A stretch of 64,000 nucleotides of DNA from Roseibacillus sp. (GTDB lineage: Bacteria; Verrucomicrobiota; Verrucomicrobiia; Verrucomicrobiales; Akkermansiaceae): positions 64,001 through 128,000 of the forward strand of contig JBPOGI010000005.1 in the NCBI GenBank assembly GCA_051251855.1. Reading direction: 5' to 3'. Position 1 is the first letter of the stretch. Every line of letters starts with the position of its first letter. Shown in pieces: positions 20,909-30,189 of this stretch. A model generated the notes under the pieces. It made no database searches. It was not told the origin of the DNA and saw nothing but the letters and a program-made list of their open reading frames with translations. Made by a program: the position numbers and the translations under genes.

Positions 20909-23344
20909 ATGACTTCGAAATACTTGATTTTCACTGCGGCCTCGATAGCCGCTTCAATGACAGCGCTCCAAGCTGCTGATTACGTTAAGGGATACAACAA
21001 AGGATCGGGAAGCCAGTTGCTCTTGGCGAACGGCGGGGCAGGTGCGGTGACTTTTGTGGATGAGGCCACTACGGGAGGCGGTGATATGTCCGCTAATGCA
21101 GGAAATCCGACGTGGGGATGGGAAATTGATGGTACTTGGGCTTTAAACGATGCCGTTGAATTCACGGGCATCGCGATGCCTATTTGGGCGAACGAGCCGA
21201 CTACTGATGCGACGGGTAATACCCAGAACGCGACCCATCGAATCAAGTTCTATAGCTGTGGTGCCAATGATGCATTCGATGGCACGGCGAACGACACTCT
21301 GCTGGGAACGGTGGATGTTAACTTTACTTCGGCTGATGCTGGGGTGGACGAGTATTACGTCAACTTTGACGCGCCTGTGGTCTGGGCTGCAGCGGATTCG
21401 ACCAAATTTTATTTTCATATCCAAGCGCTGGAGCTTCCTTCGACGGCGCGAGCGATGCGGTTCAAGACTGGGCCAGCCAATTCTGGCGCTGCGGTGATCA
21501 AGAGACGTACCGACGGAACTACTCAAAACGTTGCCGGATCATCTACCACCTATTTAACTGTTGCAGGGTCAGTGAATCAAAAAGTGTGGCACGGTGATGC
21601 TGGAGCAGATGGCACGGCTGATTGGGACGCGATTTCTTCGAACTGGGACGGAGGGGGAACTCTCTTCACTGATGGAAGCACCGCCTTCTTTAACGAGGCC
21701 TTTGATGGTGATAGCAGCCTAGTCAATCTGGTTGGGAGCTTGAGTCCTGCTGCAATTGTGATGGAGAACACTTCCATAGGAGCGGTGCCTGAGTATGAGT
21801 TTACGGGAACGGGGAGTCTTACTGGTGTGACGAATTTAGGTCGATTCGGTGACGGCACGTTGACCATTAGCAATGTGGGACCAAACGACTATACGGGAGG
21901 CACCGCGATTGGGGAGGGAACGATTAAGCTCGGAGTGGCCGATGGCATTTCGCCTGCAGGGTCGCTTACCATCGGTGGTCAGTCAGGAATCTCGACCCTG
22001 ATGCTGAATGGATTCGACCAGTCTGTTACGGACTTAAATAGTGCGGGAGCAAATATCGCTGAGGTTGTTAATGGTTCATCTGACGCGGTAGTTTTGACGG
22101 TGAGCAATGGAGGGGTCTTTTCTGGAGAGTTAGGTAATTCGACCTTAGCAATAGACGATGATGCTAACAACTTTAGAGTAGTTAAAGAAGGAGCGGGGAC
22201 TTTAAACTTGGTTGGCGCAAATAATAGTTATAGCGGTAGTACTACCGTGACTGGGGGAGCTTTCATGATCAGCGGAGATGGAGCGCTAGGTGGTGCTCCC
22301 GTCGTCCCTACTGCCGACTCCATTGTTCTCGATGGAGGAACTCTTCGAGCACACATGGCTGTTGGAACTGGCGGCAGCTTTGCTGTTGACCCAAATCGTC
22401 TTATTACTTTGGGGTCAAATGGGGGGACCATTCAGACGACGACCCCGAGCGGGGCATGGACCGTGACCTACGACGGAGTGATTTCCGGTTCTGGTTCTTT
22501 GACAAAAGCATCGGCGCAGACTCTCGTCTTGGGAGGTGAAAATACTTACACTGGAGCGACCACGGTGACCTCTGGTTCTTTGAGGTTAACAGGTAGTCTC
22601 GTTTCCGATGTCACTGTTCAGGCCGGGACTTTTAGCTCAGGGACCGCAGGGGTCGGGAGTGGCAGTGTGGCAGGTCTTACTTTTGGGAGTGGAGGCAACT
22701 TGCAGTACTTCTTTGATAGCTCAACGCTTTCTGGAGCATTGACTACGGTGACAGGGGCGGTGGCGATCGACCCCGGAGCGAATCTCGCTCTCGTCGATGT
22801 GGCAGGTTCTCCTGTCGAATTGGCCTTGGGAGAAAAGGTCACTGTTCTCGATTACACTGGCGGAACACTTACCGGTAACTTCTTAGGCCTGCCCGAGGGT
22901 GGCAGAGTTTTGGTGGGGTCGAATACCTTTGCCATTTCCTACGACGACGATAGCAAGGTGACTCTGACTGCTGCTGACGCGGACGTTTATGCTGCTTGGG
23001 CCGTCATCAATATTACAGGCGGTGCTCCAGCAGGCTTCGAGGATGATGCTGATGGTGATGGAATCGAAAATGGAATCGAGTTCATTCTAGGTAGCAATCC
23101 TCTAGTTGCGGATTCTTCTAATTTGCCAACCTGCGTGATGGATGCGACCAACCTCACGATTGCCTACACTCGCACGGGAGAGTCTGTTTCTGCTACCACT
23201 CAGTTTGTGGAGTGGTCGGTGAATCTGGAGGACTGGAACCCCATCGAGGTGACAGATCCTTCGACTACCGTGAGTGTTGATATTCCTCTCAGCAATGCGG
23301 TCGACGGGAAACTGTTCGCGCGACTACGTGCGACGAACCCCTAG
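20909..23344 (+). CDS. Secreted protein with autotransporter-associated beta-strand repeats
   Basis: Repeated K.G.GTL.L.G.N.Y.G.T.V..G.L units; signal peptide from MTSKYLIF; no beta-barrel, ends in DGDG..E..F.R module. Confidence 0.8.
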   Translation: MTSKYLIFTAASIAASMTALQAADYVKGYNKGSGSQLLLANGGAGAVTFVDEATTGGGDMSANAGNPTWGWEIDGTWALNDAVEFTGIAMPIWANEPTTDATGNTQNATHRIKFYSCGANDAFDGTANDTLLGTVDVNFTSADAGVDEYYVNFDAPVVWAAADSTKFYFHIQALELPSTARAMRFKTGPANSGAAVIKRRTDGTTQNVAGSSTTYLTVAGSVNQKVWHGDAGADGTADWDAISSNWDGGGTLFTDGSTAFFNEAFDGDSSLVNLVGSLSPAAIVMENTSIGAVPEYEFTGTGSLTGVTNLGRFGDGTLTISNVGPNDYTGGTAIGEGTIKLGVADGISPAGSLTIGGQSGISTLMLNGFDQSVTDLNSAGANIAEVVNGSSDAVVLTVSNGGVFSGELGNSTLAIDDDANNFRVVKEGAGTLNLVGANNSYSGSTTVTGGAFMISGDGALGGAPVVPTADSIVLDGGTLRAHMAVGTGGSFAVDPNRLITLGSNGGTIQTTTPSGAWTVTYDGVISGSGSLTKASAQTLVLGGENTYTGATTVTSGSLRLTGSLVSDVTVQAGTFSSGTAGVGSGSVAGLTFGSGGNLQYFFDSSTLSGALTTVTGAVAIDPGANLALVDVAGSPVELALGEKVTVLDYTGGTLTGNFLGLPEGGRVLVGSNTFAISYDDDSKVTLTAADADVYAAWAVINITGGAPAGFEDDADGDGIENGIEFILGSNPLVADSSNLPTCVMDATNLTIAYTRTGESVSATTQFVEWSVNLEDWNPIEVTDPSTTVSVDIPLSNAVDGKLFARLRATNP

Positions 23345-23373
23345 GTTGCGCACCTAATTCTAGACCTTTTTCG

Positions 23374-23413
23374 AAACCCTCGGCTGGCATGTTCAAGCGA
23401 GGGTTTTTCTTTT
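23374..23413 (+). terminator. Probable rho-independent terminator
   Basis: AAACCCTCG...CGAGGGTTT stem followed by T-rich tract, 30 nt after the stop at 23344. Confidence 0.6.
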
Positions 23414-23456
23414 TGGGAGGACGGAAGCTCCGTGGCGGCGCGGCTGCTATTGGCTG

Positions 23457-26400
23457 CTATTCCCAAAATGCTCGGTAGAATTTTCGAGTCTGCAGCCCAT
23501 CGGAATCGGTGAATCGAATCGTGATTTGTGTTGTGCCCGTCAGTGGACTGCTATTGCGCTCGATCTCTTGGTAGCTGGTGGCTTGGAGTGGGGACCATGT
23601 TTGGAGGTCGCTGGACGTTTCTACCAACAGAACACAATCCTCGGATTCGAGCGGATAGGGGGAGGAAAAATCAACGGTGATGGTTTCTTCCGCCACCACG
23701 ATGCAGGAGGTGAGGTTGGGGAATGAACTGGCAGCGCGAGGGTCGGTCTGGAAACGGAACTCTTGTTCGTTACTGAAACCATCGCCATCAGGATCGGCCC
23801 CGTCTCCCGAGATGGCTGGGTTGGTGAGTTCGGTAGCGTTGAAGTGCGCCTCTAACCAAGTGGCTTTGTTTGCAAAGACAAGGACGGTTGCTTGGGCTTG
23901 GATGGAGCCATTGAGGGTCAGGGTGTAGGTGGTGTTAGAAGTAGGCGAGACAAGGAGATGACCAATCCCATTGACGGTGTGGGAAGCGACTTCGCCGACT
24001 CCATTGTCGATGGTGAGAGTGGCAACGGATTCGGTATTCCATTGCAGGATGGTGGAATCTCCCGAGATGATGGAGGGGTGGAGGGCGTTGAAGGAATGGA
24101 TGGTGGCCGGTCCTTCCACGCTAGCGATTTGGCCCAGTCTGACCTCTGAGACAGGATCGTCGCCGTAGGAGATTTCCACGCGATAGCTGGTGCTATTGTC
24201 ATAGACGGGAGGACGAACAAGGTTTCCAGGGAAGCGCATGGAATAGATGAGCTCGTCGGTGTTCTCATCGTAGACCGAGACCACAGGGGTCTTTTCAGAC
24301 AGGGTATCAATGACGGAGAGGAATCCCGTCGGCGTGCGGCCATCATTGTCGGCTTGGTTGATAGTGACGGGCCAGTCTGCGAATTGGGTGCCGGTTTGAG
24401 GAAACTCGGGGTCGGCATGAAGTGGCCAAGACTCGAAGGTGATTTGGCGAGTGGTTTTGTTGATGCGAACCATTCCGTAACCAGCACCACGGTCATGAAG
24501 GTTGGGAGGGTGAATGTTCGTTGATTGGTTATAATACTCGAGAGGGTTGGCGGCTCCTACGACGCGAAGGTGTCCGGGAAAGTCGGAGTTCAAGTTGGGC
24601 TCTCCGGTGGGGAGGGTGCCGTTGCCATCGAGGTAGAAGTCGCCTTTGTAGGGGCTGACGGCGAGCGTCGTGCCGCCGGCATTGTGCACGGGATCCCAGA
24701 CCCGAGGGAAGAAGTTGGCGATGGCAGGGGAGGCGAATGAGTATCCGGCATCGGCTGGACCATCAATACCATGGTGAACGAGGGTCGAGACGTGCTGGTC
24801 GCCGGCGAGTTGGAAGCTGCGTGAGAGACGGAAAAGCTCCCAAGCCTCGAGGCGGCGTTGAGGGGGCCAACCGTTGGAGTCGCGGTCGTTGAGGAAGAAG
24901 CCGTATCCCGAACTGCCGTGGGTATGGATGTTGCCCATGGGGGATTGGGAGACCACGCACTTGACGCATTGTCCTACCCAATCCGTTGACCAAGATTTGA
25001 GGAAGTCCTTTTGTCGTTGGCCTAGAAGAACGAGTTGTTCTGGGTCGCTGGGTGCATTGGTTGGTCCTGTTTTGAATTTTCGATCTTCCAAGACCCCGAA
25101 GCCGACTTGCCCGTAGCACATGCCGGTGAAGTAGATGGAGATGCCTTGTGCAATGGGAGGTGCTGGTTGAATCGGATTGTATGGGTCAGGGGCTGGCAGA
25201 TGGCTGGCCTGGGTGCGCTCCACGAGCCGAACCCAGGAGGCGGGTTCCTCGTATCCTCCAGTGGTTTGATCCGTTGTTGAGATACCGCCTTCGCCCCAAA
25301 GGTTGCCCTGATAGATATCGTGGTCATCTGGGATGGAGATGGTGGGCATGTCTTTGGCGAGGTCGCGGGCTTGAAGAAGCCAGAGATACCATTTGTAAAG
25401 GTAATCATACTGGCGATTGAAGGTGGTTCCGCTGTCCTCAGGAGTGGGCTGCCCCTCATAGATTTGGTCTCCTAAGGCGAGGAGGACATCGGGTTCGTGC
25501 TTGGCAATATGAGCGTAGGCGAGGTTGTGGGGGTGCCAAATTTTGGTGGGGGTCCAGTCGGTGCCATTGTTTTGGACGTTGCCGTCGGCGATGCGCTGGC
25601 AGGAGGTGTTGGCGACGACAATTTCGTTTTTCTCAAGAGGATCGCGCCTGACCGTGCCTTCCCAATAGTAGGTGGCTCCGTCGACAAGGATTCCGACACG
25701 ATAGGGGGTGTCGACGGTGTCGTCCCATGGGTTGACGGTGAAGGTCGCGGTGTAGGAGGAGAGGTTGTCGGTGTTGTCGATAGCGGCGGTGGCGATTTGG
25801 TTCCAAGTGGATCCGTCCCAGGTTTCCAGGGTGATGGGAGGGGTGGTGGTGAGGTCAACGGGGGGAAGATGAGCGGTCATTTTGAGCTCTCCCCAGTTCA
25901 AGCTGTGAAGGGCACCGATGATAGCAAGATGGCGATCGGGCTCTGGCTGAAGAGCTGCTCCGGTGCCGGAAAAATCATCGAACCAGTATCGTGCTTGGCT
26001 GGAGCCACGATGAGAGAGAAGACCAAAAGAACCGAGCACGCGATCCGAGGGGACGCTGGTGGAGGCGGTGGAGAGCAAAACGTTCGAGGTATTGTAGACT
26101 TCCAGAGTGAGGTCGTAGTTTTTGCTGGTGGCATTGTAGACGGCATTGAGCTCGAGCTTGGCGTCGCTGGGAAAGCCTCCTGCGGCATTCGAGCCTGAGG
26201 CGACCTGCACGATGGCTCCTTGAGAGAGATCCTCAATCACGGCGGCGCCATTGTTGTTGATTCCCAAGAAGGTTCCGAAGTCACGCCCTAAGCCGCTGTG
26301 AACGAGTAACGAGGCGCGCCAATCGAGGTTGGGGCCCGCTCCAATGAGAAAGCCGGTTCTAGCGGTGCTGCTATTGCTGCCCGCGTGTAAGCCAGTGCGA

Positions 26401-28289
26401 ACCGAAAGGGTAAAGTTTTCGCCGTTGCCGCGGATGGAGGTTCCTACCCGGTGGAGGGTGCGTCGGTCGCGGCTGCCAAGGATGCAATTGATGCGGCCAT
26501 TGCGGACTTCCCAGTCGGCGAGACGATTTCCCCAATAGCCGGGACCAGGCCAGACCCGATTGGGAGAGGAGTTCCAGTCATTTGCGAAGGCACCATCAGC
26601 GGCACCAGAGGGGTAGCAGTCGAGGCGGATGTTGTCGACGGATTGAGTGATGCCCATCGCGTTGTTCGCTCCTCGGAATTGAAGGCCAATATTTTGCCCA
26701 GAGAAAGAATCGAGTGTACCCGCTGGAATGATGAAGTGATGGTGTTTCCACTGGCCTAGATTGGTGCCTAGCTGCGGGAAGGTCTGGCTGGCGATGACCT
26801 GTGGAGTTCCTGCGTTATCGACATAGGCTTCAACAATGAGGTCGGCATCGGGAGCGGTGGCGGTGGGCTCAGGAATGGTGGGGTTGGTATCATTGACCGA
26901 AAGGAGAAAGTTTTCCACCCGCCCATAACCAATAGGATTCGAGTCTCCATCCACGGGTTGAAAGGAGACGAAGAGTCGCTTGCCGTTGGCTGAGGCTGGA
27001 ATGGGAGCAAAGTTTGCGGAGAAGCTTTCGTAGGTATTGTTCGAAGTTGAGGTGGGCGTTTGGAAGGTCTGAATCGTGGTTGGACTCCCTGTAATGATAT
27101 CGTTGGCAGTGGTGAAGAGAGAAACCGCGACCCGGTCGGAGGCATCAGCCCAGTTGAAAGCATCGCGCCAAAGGAAGGAAACGGTGAGGACGTCTCCGGT
27201 GATGAGGTTGTAGCCAGTATCGTTTCCGAGAACGGCAGGGTTTCCGTTGTTTTGATAGAGAACTGCGTTGCGCGTGCCGTCGAAGAGAATATTGGTGCGA
27301 GTGGCTTCGGCGGATTGGGCGGTGGTGAGGTTGGTCCAGAAGGGAGTGTCGTCAAAGGTGCGGGAGTCGGCCACAGTGACGTCATCATTGAAGTCTCCGT
27401 TGCGGGTGTAGGGGCCAATCAGGAGCGACGAGAATTGTTGGAGAGAGAAGTTGTCGAGGCGAGCAAAGCCTGTCGAGCCGTTGTCGCCATCCACGCCCTC
27501 GAAGAAGATAAAGAGGCGTTTGCCAGCGGCGGAAGCTGGGATGGCGGGGAACAAGCCTGAGAATTGTTCAAAAGTTGCGGTGACGGTGGGGGTGCCCGAC
27601 ATAAGTGTGGCTAGGTCGGTGCGGACTCCGGTGGGGGTGTTGTTGCTGGTCGTGAAAATGGTAACACGAATCTGGTCGCTCGAATCCCAGCCAGAGGCAT
27701 CACGCCATTGATAGGAAAGTTGAAGAACTTCTCCCTCAGTGAGATCGTAGTTGGTATCGAGGGCGTATTTCTTAACACCGCTATCCGAGACGACCGCATT
27801 GCGGGTGCCATCCAAGAGGACGTTGGAGGGCGTGTTGCGGGTCGCGTCTTGACCTTGAGAGCCGTCGAGATTGAACCAGTCCGGAGTGCTTGCGAAATCT
27901 CGGCTATCAGTGGTGGAGATATCAGAATTGAAGTCTCCATTGAGAAGCGAGCCACCCACGATGAGACCCTCGATTTGGGGTTCAACGTCTGAGCTGAGGA
28001 CGGCGTCTAACCGAATCGAGTAGGCGGCCCCGGTTTGAATTTGATGGCTGGTCAATTGGCGAACCGTTTCCGTTTCTTCGAAGCTCAGTTTCCAGCGGCC
28101 GTTGCCATAGTCATTGTCACCTTCTTGTAATTTACCCGTGCCTTCCCAGCCGAGAAGAGAGGCCTCCGCTACCGATGAACCATTAGTATTGCCATTAATC
28201 TCTGCAGAAGGATTGACGAGCAGAATGGGCTCGGCCTGAGCTAGAGAAAGGCAGAGGCTTCCGCAAAGGAGTGGGAGACGGGAGGGCAT
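23457..28289 (-). CDS. Large secreted PhoD-like metallophosphatase with duplicated N-terminal domains
   Basis: GDQIYE, PDDHD, DSNGWP and GDQH metallophosphoesterase motifs; signal peptide; two NGDFN.D....DSR.F..TP.W.NL repeats. Confidence 0.8.
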   Translation of the reverse strand: MPSRLPLLCGSLCLSLAQAEPILLVNPSAEINGNTNGSSVAEASLLGWEGTGKLQEGDNDYGNGRWKLSFEETETVRQLTSHQIQTGAAYSIRLDAVLSSDVEPQIEGLIVGGSLLNGDFNSDISTTDSRDFASTPDWFNLDGSQGQDATRNTPSNVLLDGTRNAVVSDSGVKKYALDTNYDLTEGEVLQLSYQWRDASGWDSSDQIRVTIFTTSNNTPTGVRTDLATLMSGTPTVTATFEQFSGLFPAIPASAAGKRLFIFFEGVDGDNGSTGFARLDNFSLQQFSSLLIGPYTRNGDFNDDVTVADSRTFDDTPFWTNLTTAQSAEATRTNILFDGTRNAVLYQNNGNPAVLGNDTGYNLITGDVLTVSFLWRDAFNWADASDRVAVSLFTTANDIITGSPTTIQTFQTPTSTSNNTYESFSANFAPIPASANGKRLFVSFQPVDGDSNPIGYGRVENFLLSVNDTNPTIPEPTATAPDADLIVEAYVDNAGTPQVIASQTFPQLGTNLGQWKHHHFIIPAGTLDSFSGQNIGLQFRGANNAMGITQSVDNIRLDCYPSGAADGAFANDWNSSPNRVWPGPGYWGNRLADWEVRNGRINCILGSRDRRTLHRVGTSIRGNGENFTLSVRTGLHAGSNSSTARTGFLIGAGPNLDWRASLLVHSGLGRDFGTFLGINNNGAAVIEDLSQGAIVQVASGSNAAGGFPSDAKLELNAVYNATSKNYDLTLEVYNTSNVLLSTASTSVPSDRVLGSFGLLSHRGSSQARYWFDDFSGTGAALQPEPDRHLAIIGALHSLNWGELKMTAHLPPVDLTTTPPITLETWDGSTWNQIATAAIDNTDNLSSYTATFTVNPWDDTVDTPYRVGILVDGATYYWEGTVRRDPLEKNEIVVANTSCQRIADGNVQNNGTDWTPTKIWHPHNLAYAHIAKHEPDVLLALGDQIYEGQPTPEDSGTTFNRQYDYLYKWYLWLLQARDLAKDMPTISIPDDHDIYQGNLWGEGGISTTDQTTGGYEEPASWVRLVERTQASHLPAPDPYNPIQPAPPIAQGISIYFTGMCYGQVGFGVLEDRKFKTGPTNAPSDPEQLVLLGQRQKDFLKSWSTDWVGQCVKCVVSQSPMGNIHTHGSSGYGFFLNDRDSNGWPPQRRLEAWELFRLSRSFQLAGDQHVSTLVHHGIDGPADAGYSFASPAIANFFPRVWDPVHNAGGTTLAVSPYKGDFYLDGNGTLPTGEPNLNSDFPGHLRVVGAANPLEYYNQSTNIHPPNLHDRGAGYGMVRINKTTRQITFESWPLHADPEFPQTGTQFADWPVTINQADNDGRTPTGFLSVIDTLSEKTPVVSVYDENTDELIYSMRFPGNLVRPPVYDNSTSYRVEISYGDDPVSEVRLGQIASVEGPATIHSFNALHPSIISGDSTILQWNTESVATLTIDNGVGEVASHTVNGIGHLLVSPTSNTTYTLTLNGSIQAQATVLVFANKATWLEAHFNATELTNPAISGDGADPDGDGFSNEQEFRFQTDPRAASSFPNLTSCIVVAEETITVDFSSPYPLESEDCVLLVETSSDLQTWSPLQATSYQEIERNSSPLTGTTQITIRFTDSDGLQTRKFYRAFWE

Positions 28290-28516
28290 ACTTAGAAATT
28301 AAAATTCGGGTTTTAAGGATTTGCGGCTAATATTTTAGGGGGATCGAAATTAGCCCTTTTGGGGAGATGTCGCAAAGGCCTATTTTTGTGCAGGAATGCT
28401 CGGGAATACCGGCTGGTTCTAATTCCAGTTCGGAAGTGGGGTATAGAGATTGATTGAGAGACGGTTCGTGCACCGCAGCTCTGCTGACCTAGTGTTCGTA
28501 TGCTGGTATAGCCATT

Positions 28517-29950
28517 CTACTGAATGGGGGCGAGCAGTCTGGCGAGCTTTGCTCCAAGCTTGAAGTAGAGTGGCTTTTCTAAGAACTCATCACGGTTGAC
28601 TTCGCGTGCTTTGTCAAAGTCCTCAGTGAACATGCCAGCCACTTCGTAGACGTGCTCTTGAGCGGTAAGGATCGCGGTGATTTCGAAGTTGAGTCGAAGG
28701 GAGCGGTTATCGAGGTTGCCGGTTCCAACGGCGGCGACCTGGTTGTCGATGAGGAAAGCCTTCTGGTGCATGAAGCCGTCTGAGTAGCGGAAAAGGCGAA
28801 TGCCATAGGGGAAGGTCTGGCGGTAGTAGGTGAAGGAGGAGAGCCATACCAAGAGATGGTCGGGTTTTTCTGGAAGAAGAATGCGCACGTCGACCCCACG
28901 GAGGGAGGCTGCTTGGAGAGCTGTTATGATTCCGTCGTCGGGCACAAAGTAAGGGGAGGCGATCCAGAGCTTCTCGCGCGCAGTATTGGCGGCTTCGGCC
29001 ACGAGAAGTTGGAAAGAGGGGCGCTCGTCGCTCGGGCCGGTGGGAATGATGGCGATGGAGGCGTCTTCTTTTTCATGCCGACAGGTCCAATCCAACGAAG
29101 GAGTGCTGTGGGTGGCCCAATACCAGTCTTCCAAAAAAACAAGTTGCACTGCTTGGACTGAGGGGCCTTGCAGTCGGAGGTGGGTGTCGCGCCAATTGCC
29201 GAACTTTTCGCTTCGGCCAAGATATTCGTCGCCGATGTTGGCTCCTCCAATGAAGGCGTCGTTGCCATCGATAACGACGATCTTGCGGTGATTGCGAAAA
29301 TTGAGCTGGAGACGTGACCACCACCGACGGGTACGTCCAAAGGGCTGACATTCTATGCCGGCGTCCCGAAGGGCCTTGAGGTATTCGTTAGGTAGTTTGT
29401 GTGAGCCAAGCTCGTCGAACAGGAAGTAGACTCGGACACCCGCTTGGGCTCGCTCGATAAGAGCTTCTTTGAATCGAGTTCCAACTTTGTCGCCCTTGAT
29501 GATGTAAAAGTGGATAAGGATGTAGTCTTGAGCCTGAGCGAGTGACTCAAAAATACGTTCGAAGATTTCTTCTCCGTTGATGAGGAGGTCGGCGTCGTTC
29601 CCACGCGTAACGGGCATGCCTCCGAGACGAACCGCGGTCTTGAGAAAGGGGGACGCGGGCTCAAGGCGATGGGGCTTAATGGAGGTCTCGAGCGCATCGA
29701 CTTGGGAATTAAGAAGTTGATCGTCCGAGCGCCGCGCTTGGACATAGCCAGTTAGGGTATTGCGGCCAAAGACCCAGTATAAGGGAATGGCAACCCAAGG
29801 AAAAGCGAGCAGAGAAATAATCCATGCGATAGTGGCGCTGGGTGTGCGCACGCGAAAGAGGGCGTGCAAAACGTGAGCGGCCCCGATGATGTGCAAGGCT
29901 ACGATGCCTAGGAAGATGTATGGTTGCGGAATATCCACGAACGCTACCAT
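28517..29950 (-). CDS. cls: Cardiolipin synthase
   Basis: Two HKD motifs (NHRKIVVID, MHQKAFLID) and an N-terminal transmembrane hairpin. Confidence 0.93.
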   Translation of the reverse strand: MVAFVDIPQPYIFLGIVALHIIGAAHVLHALFRVRTPSATIAWIISLLAFPWVAIPLYWVFGRNTLTGYVQARRSDDQLLNSQVDALETSIKPHRLEPASPFLKTAVRLGGMPVTRGNDADLLINGEEIFERIFESLAQAQDYILIHFYIIKGDKVGTRFKEALIERAQAGVRVYFLFDELGSHKLPNEYLKALRDAGIECQPFGRTRRWWSRLQLNFRNHRKIVVIDGNDAFIGGANIGDEYLGRSEKFGNWRDTHLRLQGPSVQAVQLVFLEDWYWATHSTPSLDWTCRHEKEDASIAIIPTGPSDERPSFQLLVAEAANTAREKLWIASPYFVPDDGIITALQAASLRGVDVRILLPEKPDHLLVWLSSFTYYRQTFPYGIRLFRYSDGFMHQKAFLIDNQVAAVGTGNLDNRSLRLNFEITAILTAQEHVYEVAGMFTEDFDKAREVNRDEFLEKPLYFKLGAKLARLLAPIQ

Positions 29951-30029
29951 CTGTCGAAGCAGGAAAATTACAAGGTTTGTCGATCCGAGAGCATACCGAA
30001 TCCCTTTTTCAGTACTCCTCTGTCAGGCT

Positions 30030-30057
30030 CTAGCCTACTAGCCTACTAGCCTACTAG
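30030..30057. repeat. Octamer microsatellite (CTAGCCTA)x3.5
   Basis: Directly visible about 80 bp upstream of the cls start. Confidence 0.8.
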
Positions 30058-30189
30058 GTGTTCGTCTGATGGTCGCTCAAAGCCCCAGTGGTATGTGACC
30101 AGATTAAGAAGCATTAGGTCCAATGCTGATCGAGAGATGATTCGTTCGGCGACCATTCCTACGATGGACGCCGTCTTTATTTTCTCTTT

